This document shows, piece by piece, positions 36,830-46,498 of a stretch of 48,876 nt of DNA (positions within the stretch are counted from its first letter, which is position 1; the number at the start of each line of letters is the position of its first letter). The notes below the pieces were generated by a model that did not search any database, was not told the DNA's origin, and saw nothing but the letters and a program-made list of their open reading frames with translations. Both the position numbers and the translations under genes were made by a program. Source of the stretch: Trypethelium eluteriae (Eukaryota); NCBI GenBank assembly GCA_051942245.1, contig JAVECL010000121.1:1-48876 (forward strand), written 5' to 3'.

Positions 36830-38589
36830 ATGTCGGCATCGGGGTCTCAACGCTCAGAGCAAAAAGGTGCAGGCTGGAACTCTCCGGTCGACAGTAACAA
36901 CGGGTTCGTTGCTACTGTTGAAGGCCCAAAGAAAGAGCCACAAAGAACTACTCGAGGATGGCGTTATGCGTTGATCATCACAGCACTTTGTGTAACCAGC
37001 ACGCTTGTGGCACTTGAAGGGACGGTCATTTCAACTGCTTTGCCCTCAATCACTAGGGATCTTGGTGGAGGACGGGAATACGTGTGGGTCATCAATGCAT
37101 TTTTTCTGTCGAGGTATGTGCAATGCAAACCACCTCCACACCAATCTTTCAAATGTTTACTGATAAATACAGTACTGCATTTCAGCCTCTATACGGACAG
37201 ACAGCAAACATATTTGGTCGTAGATGGCTTGTCATTTTCGCCGTTGCAGTGTTCATTCTTGGTAGCGGAATCAGTGGAGGCGCCACTGACATGACCATGC
37301 TCATTGCTGGCCGCACTGTTCAAGGCATAGGGGGAGGCGGCTGCGCAATGCTACTCGACCTCATCATCTGCGACCTAGTGCCCCTCCGGGAGCGTGGGAG
37401 CGTCATGAGCTACATCTTCGGCGCGGCGACCATCGGCACGGCCCTTGGACCATTCATTGGTGGTGTTATAGTTACGAATACAACGTGGCGCTGGGTCTTC
37501 TACATCAACTTGCCAGTGGGATTTGTTGCACTCATTCTGCTGATCGGTTTCCTCCATGTCCAGTGGCAGAAAGAATTGACTCTTGCGGAGAAGCTGAAGC
37601 GAACAGACTTCTTCGGGAACGCGATTTTTATTGCTGCTGTGGTTGCTCTGCTCATCGCCCTAACCGATGCTGGGACACTATACGCGTGGTCTTCTTGGCG
37701 TATTATAGTGCCATTGGTACTTGGGTTCGTGGGCATAGGGCTCTTTGTGCTCTTTGAACGGTCTCGATTTTGCATAGAGCCGACGTTACCCTCCCATCTC
37801 TTTGCAAATCGCACATCTGCCGCAGCATTCGCATTGACCTTTTTCCACACCTTGTTTTTGTACTGGGAGATCTACTTCATGCCGGTGTACTTCCAAGCAG
37901 TGCTCGGTTCCTCTCCGACTCGTTCAGGTGTTCAGCTTCTTCCTACTGTTCTCTGCCTTATGGCCTTCGCAGCTGTGGGTGGTGTCACCATGGAGAAGAC
38001 GGGGAAGTACGTTCCTATCCATGCAGTCAGCTTTGCACTCATGGTCATGGGCTTTGGTCTCATGACCATGTTGACAAGTACATCATCTACTGCAGAATGG
38101 GTCATCTTCCAGATCATATTCGCCTCCGGCTCCGGACTCGCAATTGGAACTCTTCTACCCGCTGCACAGGCCGAACTGTCAGAAGAAGACACGGCAACCG
38201 CGACAGGAACCTGGGCAGTGCTGCGTAGTTTTGGAACAATTTGGGGCATCACTATATCCGCCGCGATATTCAACAATCAATTCGCGCATCTGTCTGGAAG
38301 AATTTCAGACGCGGCAACGAGAAACCTGCTCTCCGGTGGACAAGCTTACGAGCAAAGTACCAATAGCTTCATCAAAAATCTAGCAAAGGGATCTGCTCTC
38401 AGGGAAGAGGTGGTGAGCGTCTATACGGACAGCTTGAAACTGACCTGGCAGGTCGCTATCGGCATTGCCGGATTTTCATTTCTATTAGTCTTTTTGCAGA
38501 GACAAGTTACTCTACGCACGGAGTTAGAGACGGAATTCGGTATGTCTCAGCCGAAGGAGAAAAATAGTCGAGATATGGACGCTGCATAA
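36830..38589 (+). CDS. MFS drug:H+ antiporter (DHA2, 14-TM) exporter
   Basis: ALEGTVISTALP, GQTANIFGRR (motif A), GRTVQGIGGGG, GPFIGG, WRWVFYINLP; one intron at 37114-37172. Confidence 0.95.
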
Positions 38590-38808
38590 CCACCGGATGT
38601 CTTAGTTTTGGATAGAACGTAAGAAATTGCATGATATCACGTACGCGAAGTGGAATAATGATAGAATCATGGGCAAAACTTTTGTCGTCGAAAACAGCGC
38701 TTCATGCATTAAATGTCTTGTCCTAGATAACACCATCTTCTAAATCTAGACTCTCATTGTTCAATTCATGTCTTTTAATTTGTAAACCCGTCACTCATCC
38801 TTGAGCGA

Positions 38809-39723
38809 TCATTTGTTCAGGACATATTTGCCCTGCCACTCAGTGAAATCAACCATGGTATGGGGTTCAAAGACGTCTCCACCCTTCTCCGTAATCTGGC
38901 CCAGCGCCTTCAAACACGCATCCACTGTCTCCAACCCATTGACGCCTTTTTTATTCCCCCAAACATTCCTGCCGGCTGCCCAGCCTGCTGTATTGAATAC
39001 TTCACCACTCGCCTGGCATCCTTCACTCACCAGCGCTAAGATCATGGGGACGTTAGCTTCAGGCTGATACAATGTCTTGAATGCATGTTGCACGTCATCG
39101 GAGAAACGCAGAATATGCCGTTCCATATTCGGATGATATGCGATTGGCGATACGCAGTTCACTTTAATGCCGTGCGCTGCGCCTTCCATCGCCAGCGTCT
39201 TGTTCATGCCGAACAGCGCGCCTTTCGTATTAGTATATGCAGATGCAGTTGGAAATCCAAGCATTGAGTCTGACGTAAAGTTCACCACTCGCCCGTACCC
39301 TTGCTTTTTGAAGTGTGGCCATGCTGCTTTCGTGACGCTGATGGGGCCCAGCACATTGTTCTCGTACGCCGCGCGGAAGTCGTCGTCAGTGAGGTCCTCA
39401 AACGGCTTCCACGGTATAGGTCCTAGTGTGGGATTGATGACTGCATCGACGCGGCCAAATTGCTCCAATGCTTTTGCGACGATTTCAGGTCCAGATGTCG
39501 CTGAGAGAGTGATGCTCAGCAGAGCGGTGTGACCGGCAGATTTGAGGGAGTCAGTAAGTTCTTGCACAGCGTCCGCTTTGACATCGTTGATGACAACGTT
39601 GGCGCCAGCAGCGGCGAGCGCCGCGCAAATAGGGCGGCCAAGCTTTCCTGTGGCGCCGCTTACGATAACGGTACGATTTTTGAAGGACCCTTCGGCTGCG
39701 ATGGGACGGTTGGAAGTTGACAT
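38809..39723 (-). CDS. Short-chain dehydrogenase/reductase, MFE-2/Fox2 (HSD17B4) dehydrogenase-domain-like
   Basis: SGATGKLG nucleotide-binding motif, GANVVIND, FGRVDAVIN, TKAAWPHFKKQGYGRVVN.TS, catalytic YTNTK, LAMEGA.HGIKVN. Likely start MSTSNRP at 39723. Confidence 0.9.
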   Translation of the reverse strand: MSTSNRPIAAEGSFKNRTVIVSGATGKLGRPICAALAAAGANVVINDVKADAVQELTDSLKSAGHTALLSITLSATSGPEIVAKALEQFGRVDAVINPTLGPIPWKPFEDLTDDDFRAAYENNVLGPISVTKAAWPHFKKQGYGRVVNFTSDSMLGFPTASAYTNTKGALFGMNKTLAMEGAAHGIKVNCVSPIAYHPNMERHILRFSDDVQHAFKTLYQPEANVPMILALVSEGCQASGEVFNTAGWAAGRNVWGNKKGVNGLETVDACLKALGQITEKGGDVFEPHTMVDFTEWQGKYVLNK

Positions 39724-40875
39724 GCTCAATGAACTGAAACAAAAGACTGCTTGGTTTTGAAAGAGGAATTTTGATCTTTGGAATCTATTTTGCCAAATTT
39801 GCTGAGGTCGTCGAAAGAAGTTTTTCGTGCTTTCGTGAGGATAGTTAGTATGTTTAGGAGAACATTGCGAGGCTGTATCTCTCTTCTGTCTCTTACTAAT
39901 CGATTTTTGCTGTATGATCGGTACCTTAAGTATTCTGCCAGGCATGTCAGGGCGGAGCCACCGGTGCCCCGAGATTCCGTTCCCACCACCTTTGAGTGAG
40001 GCAGCCGCGCGATACGAACGCCCCTGTAATCGTCTCATTGAGCTTTGCGGGTCAGTGAGGACAGGAGGGCGAAGGCAAAGGTGCTGGAGGCAAGATAACT
40101 GCGCGGATGACTAAGCTATTGGGGCCCTTATGGCCCACAACACCTCGCCAATCTTGAGCAGCTATCACCCAGACCGACTGCCCAAGGATCAAGAAGCAAT
40201 CTCCGGGTCATGGCAATGCTTTACAGTCCCAATCACACAGCTTCCTACGCGTTTCAACGATCATCAACATCATTGTCCTTGTCATCCAGGGCCGTGTCAA
40301 AGCTTGAAGATGTAGAATCGCCCGGAAACTGAAAAGGCTCATGTCTCTCACGTCAAGCGATTTTCAATTTTTGAAAGGAAGATTGTACAGAGGTTCGCTT
40401 GGTGTATTGGGGCATCCGTTCACGCATCTAGGATGTCTCGACTAAGTTGCCGATGACGTCGCTATCTGTACTGACAGCAAAATCGAGAGTCGACGACTCT
40501 CGGTATGTCTGCTGCCAGCCCTGGATTACTGCCAAGGTTACTCGTAAATAAATTCGATTTCATCTCCCCATAATGGTATCAAGAATGAGTGCCAGAGCCA
40601 GTCATAACGCTGATATCCAATCTATGCTAGTATTTCCGAGTCTCACAGCCGTTTAATAACACCTTCGGATATAGCCTATCGGCGACAAATTAAGTTGGTG
40701 AAGACAAGATCAAGTAGAGTCCTCCATGAAATTATAAAAGAATTTCTGAATATATTCTATGAAAGACACGATTGAAGAATTAAGACCACCGTAGAATTTT
40801 GACATCCCTTCGAATACGAACACCATTTGTATCGCCGTAGCCAAATCGAATAGGCATCGAGCATATTGCGCCGGA

Positions 40876-41730
40876 TCAAATAGCCATAAAAAAGCCCATC
40901 ACCCCAGCCAAGATTGCACCTGTTATCCCAACGCCCGCTACATTATCACCAGCAACATTGCTCGTTGACTTCGGAGGCGCACTTTCCGTAGAACTCGGTG
41001 CCCCTTTCGACGTCGAGGACGTGCCTCCCGAGGACATGCTACCCAAGGAACTCGAAGCTCCACCCGATGTCGAGAAGGCACCGTTCGTAGTAGAATTCGA
41101 AGTCGAACTCAATGTCGGCGATGCACTCAACAACTTCTGCTGCCCTGCTGTAATCACAATTTGCACCCACGAAATAACATCCGGACCAAGGGTCGTTGTG
41201 AATGGTTCCGTCTCGCTCCGGGCGGCGCTACTCTTACTGGTGGCGTCGGGTGCCTCCACGGTCAACGCTGCATTTTGAAACTCGGTACAAGCCGCGGCGG
41301 TGGTGCCCAAGAAGTGGCAGTGCAGGCTGCCGGAACTGGAAACGTCGACGGTGGTCTGGCTAGAAGGGTTACCATTGATAGAGTCCTCTACGATGACCGT
41401 AGCGATGTCGAGGGTGGTGGCAGTGCCGGACACGCCTTCGGTGATGGTCATGGTAGGATCGTCCATTTCGGTATAGGCGCATTGACCGATGGCATCGGAG
41501 GAATCGGGCGATGATGCTGCACGTTTGACTCGGCGGGGAACGAGGCTCGCGTCGGGGCAGGAAAGGCCTAGAATAGTGCCGTTGCCAACGACATTGATGA
41601 CAGAAGCTTCCATCGTGCCAGATTGGTCGGGAAGCAGAAGGATAGAAGTAGTAAGAGACACGTCCGTGGTGAGACTCTGGGCCAGAGCGGAACCGCAGAG
41701 GAGGACAGCAAGAGCTAGTACAGTATGCAT
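40876..41730 (-). CDS. Secreted Ser/Thr-rich, probably GPI-anchored cell-surface protein
   Basis: Signal peptide MHTVLALAVLLCGSALA; four-Cys domain ending ITAGQQKL; S/T-rich stalk; hydrophobic C-terminal GPI-type signal (GVGITGAILAGVMGFFMAI). Confidence 0.88.
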   Translation of the reverse strand: MHTVLALAVLLCGSALAQSLTTDVSLTTSILLLPDQSGTMEASVINVVGNGTILGLSCPDASLVPRRVKRAASSPDSSDAIGQCAYTEMDDPTMTITEGVSGTATTLDIATVIVEDSINGNPSSQTTVDVSSSGSLHCHFLGTTAAACTEFQNAALTVEAPDATSKSSAARSETEPFTTTLGPDVISWVQIVITAGQQKLLSASPTLSSTSNSTTNGAFSTSGGASSSLGSMSSGGTSSTSKGAPSSTESAPPKSTSNVAGDNVAGVGITGAILAGVMGFFMAI

Positions 41731-43478
41731 GTTGCTGGTAAAGAATTGAAGATTGAATTCCAGATTTGGAGTTGTAAATGATAGTGATCCTTGCACTATT
41801 GAGGTGTAGTGGACAACTGAGTTGTTTTGAGGAAAAAAGGTATCGGAGAAGCGAAGTGAAGAATTTCAGGTACTTTTTATACAGAGCTATCCCTTCAGTA
41901 CACAAACAAGCCCACTGGTCGGCAGCCGCGTGAGAATCTATCAAGAGCCACATAGACTGCAGTGGCCCTTGAGTAACGTTTGACCCGAGCAAAGATCCTA
42001 GAAAATTATGCCTTATGTTACCATGCAGATATTGCGCTAATTTCCTACTGGAAATTTGAGCTTCGATGATCATGAACGAGTCCATGTCTACTGTGTCTGT
42101 AGTGATTGCGGAGTCCAAGGGTGGAGATGATCTCTAAATCTCACACCTGAAGCATGTACAGAGCTTAGCGTCGGTGTTCCCACAACCATCGGATATATGA
42201 AGCAGTTGCCTAGAAATCAGACAGATTGGCTCGCAAAGGTCATATAACATCCCCTGGCATTGATTAGGGACAAGGCTGAGTCTCGAATCTGCACTTCGGT
42301 GGCTGCGGCATATTGACTGTTCACTGTAAGTATAAGCATCCCATGGACACTGACAAGGCTTTGCTTCGTAGCTGAAGCTAATGCGAATAATCTGTGCAGG
42401 TTACTCCAATTCGCTGTACAGTTGACGAGTTTCTCAGAACCTTATAGTCGGACCAGCGGGGATTGCAGACCAAGTACGATACGCACCTGTATGTAGAAGA
42501 TCATCGTCTATTCTCTGAGCTGCGCAAGATTGCAGGCATCAGTGAGGGAATGTAGACATATAACATTGAGCAGTGTGCTCATTAGAATAATCTCCCGGCA
42601 GCATGAGATCACGAGGTCTGGACCCTAATCCACATGTCTTGAATATTTAAAGCTCACATGATGAAGCATCGTAGAGTACCATCCAATTTCGCGTGTTTGG
42701 TATCAATGGTGGCGTTGTTGTGCCAGACATCGTGGCCCTTGAGATGCCTGAGTAAATTCGATTGGAATTTGCCTAAGAGTGGAAGTATTTTGGAGCTTTT
42801 GCAGAGAAGAACTATCCTCAGCTGTGCTCACTCCGGTCGTTTATGCGTTGGCGTTGAGTCCTGCCTGGGAGTCTTAGCCACCCTCCTCCATTCCAGTAAT
42901 ATCCCCTCTCCTACCTACCTATTTGGGATTAGTACTCACGTGCTCGCATCCGTAAGACGCGTTACAACAATAAGGGCGACTACCGTCTGATACTCGTTAA
43001 GTTACAAAAACTTACGGTATTCTATCTTCGCACATTGATTTGTGTCCAAGCCGCCACCTCCAAGCCATTGATCTGCATTGCCGGGGCCTATTCAATCCAA
43101 TGAAATTGGCGACAGCGGGTTCTATTGACGTGATACGGAAGATGAAGTTGAGCCGGCAGTCGCGTAAACACTCTGCTGGAGCTAAGATACTCTGTCAGTG
43201 AACTTGTATTGCGCGAGATCTATGACACAGGAATCGTATATTCCAAGGTTCTATCAAAAAGAAATACTTCGGCTAAAGATTTGGTCGCTCCTTGTCTCGC
43301 CCACAAACACAGCTATCAAATTCCTTACAAGGGGGATTTGGCATCAACCGATAGCAGCAACCTTAAGCAATTACAGAATCATAGCACCCACATCCTCGTC
43401 ATATAAACCTCTAACGCTGAACTCAGCCTCTCGAAGAGAATCCGCTTCTCTCTGGCTGAGCTATTCACCAAGCCTTCA

Positions 43479-45247
43479 TCACCGTCTTCTCTTCTGCTGT
43501 CGAGATCGCTTTGGTTCCTTTGGCTTTGAAATCCCTCGAGGCTTTGCAGCTTCTGCCACTTTTGAGCTAGCTTTCGCATTCCGTTTGAGTCTTGCTTGGA
43601 CTGGCCTTTTGCTCGACTCTGGAACACCGCGGCCTATTGCGCTGTTGACTTTATCAGCTTGCAGCTTCTGGATCCGTTTGCTTCTGCGAGAAGCTGGCTT
43701 GACGGTTTGCGACGACAACTGTTCTTCAGGACTTGCTTGTTGGGACGCGTATGAATGTTGCGAATCGGGCTCGTCAGGTCCAGTCGCAAGTGGCAAGCAC
43801 GATGATTCAGCGAGCACTTTTCCAGGACCATTGATCCGTCGACCAAATGCCCCTCTCTTCTTGCTATCAGACTTTGATACTCGAGATCCGTGCACAACGA
43901 CGGCGGGTCTTTTTGCTGCTGAATGCGATGCCTCCGTATTTGGGACTGGAGGTCTACGGAGCCACGATTCCTGCCCTATTGCGTCAGGTTCGGACACACT
44001 GCTCTGAACAGACTTTTGAGCCAAGAGCCTTTCTTCCATGCCATCACTACTGACTCCAGTCGAACCAGTGCTCCCGTGCCAGCCCTGTTGAGATGTACTA
44101 ATCATCTCACTGGCTCCGTGATCGTTTGACTCATCTGGGATAGGTGATAAGAAAGCCACTCTGGGAGGCTCTCTACGAGCTTTCCGTCCATCATTGATTC
44201 GTGGATTGGTCCAAGCAGTAGCGTGATCTGAATTTCCAAAATAAAATCTGGGCGGTGTTTGAGCTTCGCGATCATTGCTGGAAAGCCAGTCTTCTTGGGC
44301 ATGCGTGATAGTTGTTGCTCCGAAGTTAGGCCTTGAAGGTCCTTCCCCAGCCTCGTAGTTAATTTGTTCAGCTAAGCGACACAGGGCATCGTAACGATCA
44401 TTCATCCTATACTCATCACATGGCTCTTCATGTTTCCAAGACATTCCGGGCAACACCCCCCACTTATCATTCCAGATACCCCGTTCCGTCCAGATGACTT
44501 TGATCTTTCGTAGGCTTGAGTATTGATGTCATGGACAAACGGAGTGGGAGTTCCGCTGGTAGCATCTTCGTTTTCGATACCCTCGCGCTCCTTCGAGATC
44601 TGGTATAGAAACTGATAGAACGGGCGCGAGGCGTTACGTTCACGCTCCTCCTTAGTATAACGTTCCAAAGCCTCACCATCCTGCTCGTGTCGGTCGGGTT
44701 GCTTCGCCTTCTGCTGACGCCGCCGTTCCGGGAAGGGAGAGGGGCGAGGTGAGACTCCAAACAATGGCTTTGCTTCAGTATCACTGTCCGAGTCGAGCCC
44801 GGTTCTGGGAGGATATTCGTGTTTCCAACCCCCCATAGGATGTCCATCAGTCCAGCTGTCTTTCCAAATACCTTGCTCTATCCAGCGGTTTTTAACGGAC
44901 TCATAAGCGGGCGGTGCGAATACTCCAATGGGCATGTGTGGCATAAACTTCATAACCGAATGTTGTCTCCAGAGGCGATACTTTTCGTCGATCGTCTGAG
45001 CGTCAAATTGTTGATAAGGACGTGAGGCCTCACGATCTACCAAGAATTGTCTTCGCTGATCTTCCGCGAGCTGCTGTTTTCCTCCAGCGCTGCCGGGTTC
45101 CTCGGATAGAGTTGAGTCGTGAAATTGGTTAGACCTATAGGGTGGCGGAGATGCGCCAAAGCTTCGTTGCGCATGGTCAAGAAGCTGGGGGTTGGCTTCC
45201 AATGCTTGGAGCGCGCTCTGAGCCGGCGCCAGCCTGAAAGCATCCAT
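43479..45247 (-). pseudogene. Hypothetical fungal protein with an internally duplicated W-rich domain, split by a 1-bp frameshift (pseudogene or assembly error)
   Basis: ORFs 44402-45247 and 43479-44456 join if one A is restored at about 44506 (tacgaaagatc -> YEKIKVIWTERGIWNDKWGVLPGMSWKHEEP), matching the first repeat AYESVKNRWIEQGIWKDSW...WKHE. Confidence 0.7.
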
Positions 45248-45559
45248 TCGATCGTATGCAAAGATTTATTGGTAAACACGATAATGATGTCCTTGAAACT
45301 TCAAGGATAGATAGATTCAAGAGAAGATATAACGCAATAGGATCGACCGAGTTCTGTAAGAAGGATTGGGGGCTCATGAAGCAGTCCGATGACTACCAGG
45401 CAAGACTTCAGCCTTCCAAAAACTGGTTTACTTCAGTTGCTCACATTCACCAATGTCCGCCCAACGCCACGTGGACGCATGACCGTCTTCTCAAGGGGGC
45501 CTGTTTACACTGTCTGGCTCCATCGATTGACGATGGTCTGTTGAGCTTGAGATAATGAA

Positions 45560-46200
45560 CTCCTTTGATTCGCAGGCGATCCTCGTTACTTCTAAATCTT
45601 AGCATGCGTTAGTATCTTTCGATTGTATGATTGTACTCAAGTAGGCTGCATATTCCTTCTGTAAGTATATTGATCTTAGCGAAACAAGTATTCCTGCAAT
45701 ACAATTCTGTATGAGCAAGCTCATTTCAGGCTAAAATTAGTGATTCGACAGTGACAGGCTTGAACTGATGTGCAGAAAGCGAATACCACTCCCGGTGCTG
45801 AATTTCTGCAAGACCACAGAAAGAATACCAAAAGGTCCATCATCCTGAGTCGAAGATAATAGCTTGTGGCCTTATACTGTACGAGAGGCAATAATGAGCA
45901 TATATAGGTTCTCAGGCGCTTCGTGAGTCCCGTCCCTTCGGGAACCTTACCTCTTCAAATTTGACGGAAGCCATGGTGAATATCTTGGAACTTGACGAGT
46001 TGAGCACGAACTTGGTCTTGCGAGAGGAGGGTGCCTAGATCACAAGGGACATCATCTGGATGATAGGCAAGATATTCATGAAGTTGCATGTGGAGAGCCA
46101 GCTACAGGCATATTGCAAGATATACTACTCACCCTTGTTGCAAAGCCCATTGTTGTCGGTGCAGCATTTTGACGATGAGAATGAGCTGAAGAACCCTTCG
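45560..46200 (-). ncRNA. Probable spliced low-coding transcript (snoRNA-host-gene-like), divergent from RFA1
   Basis: The minus strand shows canonical donors (GTGAGT ~46132, GTAAGG ~45950), acceptors and a TACTAAC branch point (~45614) separated by tiny exons with no meaningful ORF. Confidence 0.35.
45705..45812 (-). ncRNA. Candidate intronic box H/ACA snoRNA
   Basis: Minus strand: hairpin TGCAGAAA...TTTCTGCA, then ACATCA (ANANNA H box), a second hairpin closed by CAAGC...GCTTG, then ACA plus 3 nt. No rRNA target identified. Confidence 0.3.
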
Positions 46201-46498
46201 GGCAGATGTACGCTGTCAAGATAGATCATGTAGATTACGCTCGTGCTCTAAATTCTGTGTAGCTTGGCCATTGTGGGACGAGTGGTTGTCAATGTGGCTA
46301 ATGACCAGAGTATCTAAGCCTGAGGTGGCGGTGCAACACGCGAGGGCGTTTGTCATTAACGCGAGACGCGTCTACCTTGTGGAACGACATCACCCCACTT
46401 TTGCCATCATAAGAACCCACCACCCCAACTCAACTGCTGTTTCTGTGCGGTTTGAGTGAAGTATACGTCGCCCTGTCAGATCGCTATAAGGATTCGTC

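Noticed and set aside
39724..40038. 106-aa N-terminal extension of the SDR in the ORF track
   Set aside because: Non-ATG start and no recognisable features; the SDR fold begins right after the ATG at 39723.
41369..44007. Long alternative-frame or antisense ORFs (41369-42118 minus, 43198-44007 plus)
   Set aside because: Shadows of real GC-rich coding regions, with no independent protein features.
45790..45815. Resemblance of TTGCAGAAATTCAG (minus strand) to 5.8S rRNA
   Set aside because: The match is only about 13 nt with an indel, and flanking 5.8S sequence is absent.
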